Part shown: positions 1-9,027 of the stretch, piece after piece
Layout: each line of letters begins with the position of its first letter
Position numbering within the stretch: position 1 is the first letter of the stretch
From: Candidatus Zhuqueibacterota bacterium
Lineage (GTDB): Bacteria > Zhuqueibacterota > Zhuqueibacteria > Thermofontimicrobiales > Thermofontimicrobiaceae
Direction of reading: 5' to 3'
Assembly (NCBI GenBank): GCA_049322915.1
Contig: JBMOPW010000014.1
Coordinates: 376,983-440,982, forward strand
Length of the DNA stretch: 64,000 nt
Made by a program: the position numbers and the translations under genes
Notes under the pieces: generated by a model
Seen by the model: the letters and a program-made list of their open reading frames with translations, nothing else
Databases searched by the model: none
What the model was told of the DNA's origin: nothing

Positions 1-987
1 CACATTGTTCAGTCCTTTGATCCGGGCGGCGTATTTGATTTGCAATTCGCGATTATCGCCGGCCAATTCTTCCAGCGCTTTGATGTTCTTTCTGAAAGTC
101 TCAATCTGTTCCGGATAGGTTTCATTCTGCCACAGGTCAATTGAAAAAGAGCAGCGGTAGCGCATGGTGTTGCCGGGATAGCCAATGACCATCGTGAAGT
201 CGTTTTCATTAACGCCGTCCAAAGAAACTTTCAGATATTTTTTGGGTTTGAATGGGACGTTCTTTTCGGAGTAATCAGCCGGCTTGCCATCAGGGCCGAC
301 ATAGGCGCGCATGAAAGAAAAATCGCCGGTGTGGCGTGGCCACATCCAATTGTCGATGTCGCCGCCATATTCTCCAACAGAGCGCGGCGGTGCGTAGACG
401 ATGCGGACATCTTTCAGCGTCAGATAGGTGAACAGATAGTAATGGGTGCCGCTCAACATTTCGACGATCTGGGCAGAGATGGTTTCGTCTTCTTCGTACT
501 TCTTCAAAAGCTCGCGTTTGATATTTTCAATGGTTGTGTAGCGCTCGCCATAGGGCATGTCATCATTGACATGCTTCAAAATTTCGGCGGTCACGTCCTG
601 AAATCCAGTGCAAATTCGCGCGTTGTAGCCTTTGGCCGGTAGCTCTTCTGCCAGCGTCGCCGCTAAAAATCCCTTGCGGATGAAATCCTGGTCAGCACTG
701 CTCTGGCGCTGAATTGCGCCAAACGCGACATGGTGGTTGGTGATGATGAGACCCTGGTCAGAGACGAATGACCCTGTGCCGCCGCCAATCTGTACTATCG
801 CATCCGCCAGACTGACGCCGTCAGGATTGTAAATTTGTTCCGGCGTCAGTTTCAGGCCATGCGCCTGCATTTGTTTCCAGGGAAGCTGTTTGAGGGAATT
901 CAACAGCCACATCCCTTCGTCCGCATGAATGAGCGTGACGCTTAACAGACAGATCAGTACGATCTGAATGACCAGTTTTTTTTGCAT
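1..987 (-). CDS. S46 family dipeptidyl peptidase (DPP7/DPP11-like), 5' part only, runs off the window edge
   Basis: Manual translation from ATG at 987 (GGAG upstream): signal peptide, then ADEGMWL, GGTGSFVSDQGLIITNHHVA, GGDIDNWMWPRHTGDFSFMRAY and GYPG. Not in the ORF track because the stop lies outside the window. Confidence 0.93.
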   Translation of the reverse strand, partial: MQKKLVIQIVLICLLSVTLIHADEGMWLLNSLKQLPWKQMQAHGLKLTPEQIYNPDGVSLADAIVQIGGGTGSFVSDQGLIITNHHVAFGAIQRQSSADQDFIRKGFLAATLAEELPAKGYNARICTGFQDVTAEILKHVNDDMPYGERYTTIENIKRELLKKYEEDETISAQIVEMLSGTHYYLFTYLTLKDVRIVYAPPRSVGEYGGDIDNWMWPRHTGDFSFMRAYVGPDGKPADYSEKNVPFKPKKYLKVSLDGVNENDFTMVIGYPGNTMRYRCSFSIDLWQNETYPEQIETFRKNIKALEELAGDNRELQIKYAARIKGLNNV

Positions 988-1093
988 ACAGTTGCTCCTA
1001 TGTTTGTGGGTTGGGTGAGTGATGACACAAAGAATTGACGATATGGAGAATTTGAATTGCATACTCGTATGGTGCTTGTGAGAGAAAAAAATT

Positions 1094-1302
1094 GGAAATT
1101 ATTCAGGTTAGCTGATTCAGAGTCCAGGGTTCAAATTTAGAATCATTTCATGATGTATATTTTGTAAAGGAATAGTCGTAACTGTACAGCCATTAAGCGG
1201 CTGGTTAGCTGACTGGTTGATTTTTGAACACCACGATCAATCGTGGGGTTGGTACAATTTTAAACCAACGCCATGCTTCAGCATGGTCACCTGAGTCGTT
1301 AC
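1094..1302. mobile_element. Decayed MITE-like element with an inner element (about 1178-1302) carrying REP-like hairpins
   Basis: 1094-1198 aligns by eye with 41083-41188. Inner ends are GTAACTGTACAG and CTGAGTCGTTAC. Internal palindromes CCACGATCAATCGTGG and CCATGCTTCAGCATGG. Confidence 0.6.
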
Positions 1303-1492
1303 AAAAATTTGATGTATTTCCTACGGCGCAGTCGGGTAGAAGTTGCAGGGAAAAATTGGAGGACTGGGTACAAGTCGGAAATAACAACTGGCAGCAGGGC
1401 GGTCGAGGCGCGCGAATTCTGGCACACCATCGGAGCAGCAATGCGCGGCGCAGCGGACTCGGTTTCTTGCCGCTGATGGAAAGCCAATCGCG

Positions 1493-2041
1493 TTACAGGC
1501 GATCGATGATGCCGAATTGCCCGACTGCTTCACGGTAAGTTCGTTGCAGGTTATGCTGAAACCCGCTTCCAAATTCAAGTCGGTAGCGGCTGAAAATGCC
1601 GTCGGTGATTATTTTATTCAAAAAGGGCATGAGAACCGCTCCGATATAAATAGGCATCGGCTCCGGAAAGATGTCGGCGAATTCTTTCGTAAGTCCGACC
1701 ACTGAATAGGCTTTGCCGGGGATCAGATTGGAAAGGAAAATGGTGCCTGCACCTGGTTCATCGAAAATGAAAAAGCGGCCGGTCACCGAGCGCTTCCAGC
1801 TATGGATGACATCCAATTTGAAATCGGAGAAGCCGGAGGGATTTTTAATAATGAATTGGTCGATCAGGTTTGGCTGGGAGAATAGCGCGAGGTGGATGGA
1901 TTTCAACTGGTCGCTATCCAGGTCGTGCAATCCGTCGATGGTGAAAATGTGCGGTATGATTCGGCGCTGGTTATTGGTGAACAGCAGCAGATTGTAGTAC
2001 AATTCAAAGAAATAATTTGCTTCATCTTTGGATAGAATCAT
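1493..2041 (-). CDS. Hypothetical protein, about 182 aa
   Basis: Start moved to ATG 2041 (MILSKDEANYFF) to avoid overlap with the upstream gene. Protein-like composition. Confidence 0.75.
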   Translation of the reverse strand: MILSKDEANYFFELYYNLLLFTNNQRRIIPHIFTIDGLHDLDSDQLKSIHLALFSQPNLIDQFIIKNPSGFSDFKLDVIHSWKRSVTGRFFIFDEPGAGTIFLSNLIPGKAYSVVGLTKEFADIFPEPMPIYIGAVLMPFLNKIITDGIFSRYRLEFGSGFQHNLQRTYREAVGQFGIIDRL

Positions 2042-2054
2042 AAGCACGTCTGGT

Positions 2055-2783
2055 TTATTTGCCGACGCCACAGCATTTTTTATATTTTTTACCGCTCCCG
2101 CACGGGCAGGGATCGTTGCGGCCAATGCGCGGTTCGTCGCGGCGATAGGTCTCTATTTTTTTCAATGCAAAAAGAGACGGATCGCTCGCGGAGACTTCGG
2201 CCGGGGTTTTGCCGCCCAATGTCGCGCGCGGAGTGGCCATCCATTGGTTGTTCAATTCCTGAAGCTGAACCTCATTGGGCATGGACGCGATGTCAATTCC
2301 CTGCTCCTGGCAATAGACACCAAAATCGGCGATCAACGCGCCCTGCGGGGATTCCATGATCTTTTTGACCTGATTCATATCGACGCCCCGGGGTAGCTTC
2401 ATGCTGCTGAGCGCTTCCATTTCAGAACTCAGTTGCGACAGATCGACCTGCGACAGGTCCACCGGCGCCTCTATCGCTTCTTCGACAGGAATCGCCTCTT
2501 CCGCGCTCTCGGTCACATCGAGCGTCTCCTCCACGCTCTCCGGCGGGGGGCCGACATGCCGCTGGATGGCTGAAAGAATGACAGTCAGTTTCTCGGCGTC
2601 CAGCTCCGCATTGTCCTGCCGGAGTTGCCCCACGATCCATGGAACGGTTTCGCCATCGGTTAATAATTCCCTGATGTCGTCCGCTTCGAATCGATCGATG
2701 GAAAATTGTTCGCAGAACTGGGTCAGTTGCTGCATCAATTCATTTAAACCTGGCTCGAATGTTGGAAGGTTTGTCAGATCCAT
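2055..2783 (-). CDS. SEC-C motif metal-binding protein
   Basis: C-terminal [19 protein letters not shown] and an acidic N-terminal region. Confidence 0.9.
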   Translation of the reverse strand: MDLTNLPTFEPGLNELMQQLTQFCEQFSIDRFEADDIRELLTDGETVPWIVGQLRQDNAELDAEKLTVILSAIQRHVGPPPESVEETLDVTESAEEAIPVEEAIEAPVDLSQVDLSQLSSEMEALSSMKLPRGVDMNQVKKIMESPQGALIADFGVYCQEQGIDIASMPNEVQLQELNNQWMATPRATLGGKTPAEVSASDPSLFALKKIETYRRDEPRIGRNDPCPCGSGKKYKKCCGVGK

Positions 2784-2792
2784 AGTAGTACC

Positions 2793-3305
2793 CTAATTGT
2801 CCGTGATCAACGTTGATTCAGGAGATTGGCGAAATGTGAGAATCCCCAACAAGATAGCGCCGCAGGTGATGAAAATATCAGCGGCATTGAATACCGGCCA
2901 ACTGAAACGATCATAGTAATGCAGGTGAATGAAGTCGATAACATACCCCCGCGCCAACCGCTCCAACAGATTGCCCAGCGCGCCGGAAAATATTAGCGTC
3001 AGCGACACCAGCCACCAGAGCGATTGATGGCGCACCTGCCAGGTGAGGACGGTCAGAAATATCATCGCGACCAGCGACAGCGAGTAGATGAGCCATTTCC
3101 GCAGGCCTGATTCCAGGGAGTGCAGCATGCTGAACGCAATCGCCTCGTTTTCTGTGTAGCGCAATTCGACAAAATTCTCGATGATCGTGACGGGCCGGGC
3201 GTATTCCAGCCGTTGTTTCGCCAGCCATTTGGTCGAAAGGTCGCAACTGGTGCAGAAGATGAGGATGGCCAATAAGAGTAAAATCTTTATTGTTCGTTTG
3301 TTCAA
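2793..3305 (-). CDS. lspA: Lipoprotein signal peptidase II
   Basis: DLSTK, NEAIAFS, GALGNLLER, VIDFI and FNAAD motifs. Likely TTG start at 3305 with GAAGGA upstream. Confidence 0.92.
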   Translation of the reverse strand: MNKRTIKILLLLAILIFCTSCDLSTKWLAKQRLEYARPVTIIENFVELRYTENEAIAFSMLHSLESGLRKWLIYSLSLVAMIFLTVLTWQVRHQSLWWLVSLTLIFSGALGNLLERLARGYVIDFIHLHYYDRFSWPVFNAADIFITCGAILLGILTFRQSPESTLITDN

Positions 3306-3377
3306 ATCATTTTCCTTCGCAGGTTCGAATGTATATTTAATGCGTTGCTTCGGAGTTATTCCTGGTTCGTGCGCTGC

Positions 3378-3406
3378 AATGTACAAAAAAAAATCCAAAA
3401 AATCAA
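3378..3406 (-). promoter_or_regulatory. Putative sigma70 promoter of lspA
   Basis: TTGATT-N17-TACATT on the minus strand. Confidence 0.45.
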
Positions 3407-3525
3407 TACTGTAAATTGCCGGAAACATGCTCGCCAGCCAGCGGGCATCAGTTGAAACTCGCGGATAGCGATGCGGCATATCAGCGCTGGCATCGCCGGA
3501 TTGATCAGCTACAAGTCACACGAAT

Positions 3526-4191
3526 TCATGCGCCGGCTTGTTTGTTGAACCGGCACAGAGCCGAAAGGGGACACGCCTCGCAGCGGGGCTTTCGGGCCAG
3601 GCAAATTGTCCGGCCCAACGCTAACAGATTGAGGTGCAGTGAGTACGATTTACCACCGGGCACGAGAGGCCGCATCATCCAGAACGTTTTCTCCGCCGAA
3701 GTCCCGGCCGGAACAAGCCCAACGCGCTGACAAATCCGATGCACGTGCGTATCCACCGGAAAAATATCCACCTGACATGAAAACAGCAGCACCACGGAAA
3801 TTGTCTTCACACCCACGCCTTTTAATTGACAGAATTTTTCAATGGCCTCGTCCGGGTTCATGCCGCAGAGACCATCCAGGCTGAAGCCGCCGTATTCCCC
3901 CTTTATCCATGTGAGGATTTCCTGAATGCGCTGACTTTTTTGTCGGGCCAGACCGCCGGGACGAATCGCCTCTTCCACCTCTTTGGCGTCGGCTGTCATC
4001 ACGCCTTCCCAGGTTGGAAATTTCTCCTTCAGTCGCGAATAGGCCGTGTCGCGGTTTTTATCATTGGTGCTCTGCGAAAGAACGGTCAGGATCAGATTGC
4101 TGAGTGGATCCATCGGAGCGTCTCTCCCCGGAATCCCGAATTTCTTCTCCAGCGCGGTCACAATATCGATGGCGAGATCTCTCAAATCCAA
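3526..4191 (-). CDS. nth: Endonuclease III (HhH-GPD glycosylase)
   Basis: LKGVGVKT helix-hairpin-helix, PVDTHVHR, and a C-x6-C-x2-C-x5-C iron-sulfur motif. Confidence 0.9.
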   Translation of the reverse strand: MDLRDLAIDIVTALEKKFGIPGRDAPMDPLSNLILTVLSQSTNDKNRDTAYSRLKEKFPTWEGVMTADAKEVEEAIRPGGLARQKSQRIQEILTWIKGEYGGFSLDGLCGMNPDEAIEKFCQLKGVGVKTISVVLLFSCQVDIFPVDTHVHRICQRVGLVPAGTSAEKTFWMMRPLVPGGKSYSLHLNLLALGRTICLARKPRCEACPLSALCRFNKQAGA

Positions 4192-4313
4192 CGTGTTGAA
4201 TTCCTTCCTCTGTAAATGCTGTCCGAACGATCCGTTGACATCTTCTTGTAGCTTCGTGACTTGCTTCCTAGTGGCAAGAATACATGCCTGCTGAAGATGC
4301 TGTTTTTCTCGTC

Positions 4314-4343
4314 GCTGAAAGCTGAGAGCTGAAAGCTAATAGC
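4314..4343. repeat. Heptamer tandem repeat, four units
   Basis: GCTGAAA GCTGAGA GCTGAAA GCTAATA GC, intergenic. Confidence 0.7.
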
Positions 4344-4352
4344 TTTTTTAAA

Positions 4353-4655
4353 TTATTGAAATTCCAGTTTCAAGCCGGCAGCCAGGTTCCTGTCGGTGAC
4401 AGCGACAGTAGCGACCGTTTCGTGTCCGCACATTTCGCCCAGCGCATCTTTTGTCGAGAAAAGGATCATGGGGATATTCAGTCGCCGGCAGTCGAATTCG
4501 ATTTGCTGCTTCAATTTGTCCGGCGCGTCCAGGGCGACGATGGCCAGCGCGATGCGTTTCTTTCTGAGTAGCAGTTGAACCGCCGATTTTCCAATGATGA
4601 GGGTTCCGGCTTTTTGCGCCAGGTGCAGCAATGACATGATTTTTTCATTGTTCAA
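4353..4655 (-). CDS. ylxQ: L7Ae-family RNA-binding protein (YlxQ-like)
   Basis: SLLHLAQKAGTLIIG ... ALDAP ... TKDALGEMCG ... VAVTD. TTG start overlaps the end of ylxR. Confidence 0.85.
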   Translation of the reverse strand: MNNEKIMSLLHLAQKAGTLIIGKSAVQLLLRKKRIALAIVALDAPDKLKQQIEFDCRRLNIPMILFSTKDALGEMCGHETVATVAVTDRNLAAGLKLEFQ

Positions 4656-4914
4656 GTAAGTTGATCCATTGATATATTTCCCGGTAAAGCGACCGGGGGA
4701 CTTCGCAGCGGAACGAGGCATTGAATCCCCGTTTTTTCTCAGCCATCTGAACACAGGCTCGCCTGGGACAGACATAGGCGCCACGACCAGGTTTGTCCTG
4801 GTTTTCATCGATTTCGAATTGGCCGGTTTTTGTTTTGACAATCCGGAGCAATTCAGATTTATGTCTGGCCTGACGGCATCCCACGCAGACTCTGTGCCAG
4901 TTTGGCTGCGCCAT
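4645..4914 (-). CDS. ylxR: YlxR/RnpM family RNA-binding protein (DUF448)
   Basis: RVCVGCR ... KSELLRIV ... PGRGAYVC motifs. Confidence 0.92.
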   Translation of the reverse strand: MAQPNWHRVCVGCRQARHKSELLRIVKTKTGQFEIDENQDKPGRGAYVCPRRACVQMAEKKRGFNASFRCEVPRSLYREIYQWINLLEQ

Positions 4915-4925
4915 TCCTGCCTCGC

Positions 4926-7900
4926 TTAGCGAAGATAAATTAATTTGACTGTGTTCGAACGCATCAGGCGATTCGCCTGATGCATTTGCACCTGAGCAAA
5001 GTACACGCCGCTGCCGCAGGACTGGCCATGCGTATCCCGGCCATCCCAGAAAATTTTATGCACGCCCGGGGCAACAATATTCACCGGGATACTCACCACG
5101 ACCTGTCCCCGCAGATTGTAAACCGCCAACCGCGCATCGCCCGGCAGACTCGCTTCGATTTCAATGACTGTGACGGCATTGAAGGGATTGGGGACGTTGG
5201 GCCGAATTCGCAGCGACTGAACCGGCGCATGGCTGGCGCTTTTTCCCTCAACAATTTCGGAAGCGGCCCGCGACTGAATGCAAATATCATCGATGAACCA
5301 GCCGGCCATAGGCCTGGTCTGACTGGAGTCTGTTGCTAATCGAAAACGCAGCAGCAGAGAATCATCGCCGACGCCTGCAAATGGGTCTAAATCCACGAAC
5401 ACCTGACGCCAGTCATCCTGCGTCCCGCTCAAAGCCTCGCCGATGAACTGCCAGTTAGCCCCGCCATCCAGGCTGATCTCGGTGAAGCCGAAATCAACGC
5501 CGGCCTCGATATCATACTTTGTCCGGAAATGAAGGACGAATTGGTACAGCGAAGACCGTGGAATGGCGCCGTCTGCGTAAAGACTGGCGTTGGAATCGTT
5601 GGGATAGGGCGCGCCCGGCCCGGTCGAGATGCAATAGCTGCCGGAAAATGCTTCATTATCATCGAGCGCCCACGAGTCAGAATCCGAGCGCCACAGCGTG
5701 AGGCCATGCTCGAAATTTTCAAAACCGACGGCATAGGATTGAATGTCCGAGACGGCGCGGTTCGGAACAGTAGCGGCGTCGTACGCGGACACGTAATAGC
5801 GCACCGTATCCCCGACAGGAATCCCGGCCGGAATGGCGCCGCTGAACCAATGCGGCTCGGCCAGCGTCAGCGGCAGACTGTCGGCCCCGGTCGCGGCCGC
5901 CCAATGAAGCCATACCGAATTGGGAGCGACTGCAAGATTGTCCTCCACAAAAACGCGAATGGGTCGGGATGCCTTTTGCAGAAAGATATCAGGAAGCGGA
6001 CTGAAAAGAATGGTCGGCGCCGTCTGATCCGATCCCAACAAAAATATGAACGGCGCTGCCTCGCCGGTGACCGGCAGTGTGTGCTGATAATAGGGTGACT
6101 TCATTCCAAAATAATAGCGAACTTCGCCGACAGGAGAATTCAGTCGGATAAATTTCTGGAACTGCGAAAGGCTGACCGGAGACATGGGTGATTCTTCGTA
6201 ATCACTCATGGCGTCGGTCTTCCAGAAGAGGGAGAGCGAATTGATATCCGAGACGCGCGGCGAAAGGTCCACGGTGAAGCAGATCGAGTCTGGCGAAGTC
6301 TCGCTGTCCGCCAGGGGCGTGTGAAGCATTGGCCCCATTGCATTGAGAATCCTTTCCATCAGCTCCCGGCGGATTCTCGACGGGGCAGTTGGATCCGCGT
6401 TGCGGGAAGCATCGGCGGCCTCAAATCCGAACCCGAGGTTCAGTACGCGATGCGACTTTTCGAAAAACACACCAGCGCCCCTGTCCGAATCGTACCGGAA
6501 GCAGGAGACCGCATCCGGCATGGGTTCCAGCCAATCCGGGAATTGGAAATGGGGAGGGATATCCGGCTGGTAAATGGTGAACTCCAGCCCCTGGCCCGGC
6601 GTGCCGGGGATTCCCTGAACCAAAGCCGATCGGCTGTGATCTTCGCGGTAGTCGCTGTGCAGGTAGTGTTGATAAAAATCCACGCTCGATTCGGAGAACT
6701 GGTTATTGCCGTCTCCGCCCGGATCCGCCAGGTCCCAGCCGATATCCTGCCCGGAGAGGAACAGATGACCTCCCTGATTCAGATAATCCTGAAGCGCCAT
6801 GCGGTCTTCCGGAGACAGGCTGGGAAAAGCCCACTCGCAGAACCAGATCACCGTTGGAAAGTGGCTCAGAGTCCGGGCCGGCGGAGTACCCAGCCGGGAA
6901 TGATCCCAGATCAGAAATGGGACGTTGAGCGAGGAAAGCGCGGTGGAATAAAAGCCCTCCACGTTTCGATAGCCATCATCGTCGTCGACCAGCAGCACAG
7001 CGCGTTTGCCGATCATCACGGAGATGGTGTCGCTGCCAACCTTGCCCTGGTCGGTGCGATGCTGGCAGAGTAACTGTGCGACGTGCGGCTCAGCGTTGGA
7101 CGAAATGGCAAAGCGCAGGATATTGTGCACGGCAAAAACGGTATCCGGGGGAATCTGATTCAGTCGCGAGTAGCCTTCGGTGATGCGGATCTGGTCATCG
7201 CTGGTGGTGAGCGTCACTTCGAGAAAAGACGCCGGGCTGATCGAGTAATTCCGAAACCACAGATCGAGTCCAATTTCTTCTCCCCGCTCGATGAGAAAAT
7301 TGCCGTTGCCCCATACCGCATCGGATACGGCCGCTTTGAAGAACTCGATGTTAGCCGGGATTTCATCCTGGACGTCTTCGGTCAATGCGCGATAGGCATT
7401 GACCCGGCCGGCGCCCAACAAATTGGTATAGCCGGGATTGACCGGGTCGATTGGGTCGGCGGTCAAAATCAATTGCCGTTTCAATTGCAGGGCATTGAAT
7501 GTGGGGAACTGGCTTTTCATCAGTCCCAGTACACCAGCCACGACAGGGCTGGCCATGGAACTGCCGGACATCTCTCCGTAGCTGCCGCGGTCGACGGGGA
7601 TGGTGCTCAAAATTCCGGGCCTGCCTGTGCTCTTGTCGCCGCCGGGAGCGGACAGGTCAATGAATGTCCCATAAGTGGCGTAGCTGGCTTTTTCATCGCG
7701 ATCGTTCACAGCAGCCACGGCCACCACGTGGACATAGCTGGCCGGGTAAAAATTGGCGTTCATGTTGGTATTGCCGCCGGCAGCGATGATGATGCAACCC
7801 CGATGAGCGGCGTAGTCGATGATGTCCTGTTCGAACTGGGAGTATGCGCCGGACCGTCCCCAGCTCAGATTGATGATATGCGCGCCATTATCCGCCGCGT

Positions 7901-8699
7901 AAACAATGCCCTCGTACCCGCTGGAGATCTGATAGGTATCATTGTCAGCCGCGACTTTGATCGGCAAAATGGAGCAGTTCCAGCCTGCGCCGGCAACGCC
8001 GGTAATATTGTCGGTCACGGCCGAGGCGATGCCTGCGGTGTGAGTCCCGTGGACGGCGATGCCGGATGGATCTGTTCCGTGACCCGGATTATTGTCGTTA
8101 TCGCCGAAATCCCAGCCGTAAAAGTCATCGGTGTAGCCATTGCCGTCATCGTCAACTCCGGCGCTGCCCGACGCTTCCACCAGGTTGATTCGAATGTTGG
8201 CGGCTAAATCCGGATGATGAAAATCGGTGCCGTTATCGACAATGGCAATGACGGTCGATTCAGAGCCTTTTTGAATGTCCCAGCCCATGAATAGTCCGAT
8301 CTGTTCCAGATGTGACTGGCGCGAAACCAATGTATCGTTGGGAATTGTCCCTTCGACGTAGGAAATATATGTGGGTTCGACATATTCAAAAATATGTGAA
8401 TCGAAAATGCCTGCGGCGAATTCTTCCGGGGGAATGGATTTCGGGAACACGATTTTGTAAAATCGGGAAAGGTCGGGGTGTTCCGTGGCCTGGAAAATTT
8501 TCCCGATGGCAGAAATCGGCAGGTTGTGACCGGGCGCTGCTGATAACTGATTCAGCATCGAAATACTTTTACCGGCCTTCACCTTTGCGACAACGGTCCC
8601 CGGGACAGTCCTGTCCCCCTGATATGGCTGCGAGTCCCTTGCCATTCCATGCCGGAACAGGAATAAAAATACCTGGGCGATTATAAATACTCTTTTCAT
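4926..8699 (-). CDS. Secreted S8 subtilisin-like serine protease with multi-domain tail and T9SS/FlgD-like C-terminal domain
   Basis: Catalytic triad motifs IAIVDNG, HGTHTAG and GSSMASP. C-terminus NVPNPFN ... WDGRD ... SGVYF. Confidence 0.93.
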   Translation of the reverse strand: MKRVFIIAQVFLFLFRHGMARDSQPYQGDRTVPGTVVAKVKAGKSISMLNQLSAAPGHNLPISAIGKIFQATEHPDLSRFYKIVFPKSIPPEEFAAGIFDSHIFEYVEPTYISYVEGTIPNDTLVSRQSHLEQIGLFMGWDIQKGSESTVIAIVDNGTDFHHPDLAANIRINLVEASGSAGVDDDGNGYTDDFYGWDFGDNDNNPGHGTDPSGIAVHGTHTAGIASAVTDNITGVAGAGWNCSILPIKVAADNDTYQISSGYEGIVYAADNGAHIINLSWGRSGAYSQFEQDIIDYAAHRGCIIIAAGGNTNMNANFYPASYVHVVAVAAVNDRDEKASYATYGTFIDLSAPGGDKSTGRPGILSTIPVDRGSYGEMSGSSMASPVVAGVLGLMKSQFPTFNALQLKRQLILTADPIDPVNPGYTNLLGAGRVNAYRALTEDVQDEIPANIEFFKAAVSDAVWGNGNFLIERGEEIGLDLWFRNYSISPASFLEVTLTTSDDQIRITEGYSRLNQIPPDTVFAVHNILRFAISSNAEPHVAQLLCQHRTDQGKVGSDTISVMIGKRAVLLVDDDDGYRNVEGFYSTALSSLNVPFLIWDHSRLGTPPARTLSHFPTVIWFCEWAFPSLSPEDRMALQDYLNQGGHLFLSGQDIGWDLADPGGDGNNQFSESSVDFYQHYLHSDYREDHSRSALVQGIPGTPGQGLEFTIYQPDIPPHFQFPDWLEPMPDAVSCFRYDSDRGAGVFFEKSHRVLNLGFGFEAADASRNADPTAPSRIRRELMERILNAMGPMLHTPLADSETSPDSICFTVDLSPRVSDINSLSLFWKTDAMSDYEESPMSPVSLSQFQKFIRLNSPVGEVRYYFGMKSPYYQHTLPVTGEAAPFIFLLGSDQTAPTILFSPLPDIFLQKASRPIRVFVEDNLAVAPNSVWLHWAAATGADSLPLTLAEPHWFSGAIPAGIPVGDTVRYYVSAYDAATVPNRAVSDIQSYAVGFENFEHGLTLWRSDSDSWALDDNEAFSGSYCISTGPGAPYPNDSNASLYADGAIPRSSLYQFVLHFRTKYDIEAGVDFGFTEISLDGGANWQFIGEALSGTQDDWRQVFVDLDPFAGVGDDSLLLRFRLATDSSQTRPMAGWFIDDICIQSRAASEIVEGKSASHAPVQSLRIRPNVPNPFNAVTVIEIEASLPGDARLAVYNLRGQVVVSIPVNIVAPGVHKIFWDGRDTHGQSCGSGVYFAQVQMHQANRLMRSNTVKLIYLR

Positions 8700-8817
8700 T
8701 GATATGAGAATTTATGGTCATTACGAAAATTTCGTTCTTTGTAATTTGTTTAAACGAAACGGAATTACAAAGGTTCATCGGCCAGTGAAGCGATGGCGCG
8801 TGGAAGGCCGTTATCGG

Positions 8818-9027
8818 CTACCGGATCAAAATCATTTTGATGCTCCTGGAAAAATCACCGGCCTGAATGCGGCAGAAATAGACGCCGCTGGGACAATCGC
8901 CGGCGTCCCAGATTTTTGCATAGGAATTGGCTGACTGCTTTTCATTGACCAGCTCGGCAACTTGCTGGCCTCTGATGTTGTAAATACCCACCTGCACCCG
9001 GGCCGGTTCGGTTATGGTGTAGCGGAT
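8818..9027. repeat. Near-identical sorting-domain DNA repeat (other copies 11036-11281 and 13280-13476)
   Basis: Manual alignment: 2 mismatches in 210 nt against 11036-11245. 11085-11281 versus 13280-13476 has 4 mismatches in 197 nt. Confidence 0.95.

Noticed and set aside
5529..8207. Long plus-strand ORFs of 189-374 aa, and similar antisense ORFs over ribD, ribBA, dnaE and the GT4 gene
   Set aside because: They are antisense shadows of well-supported genes and have no recognisable motifs.
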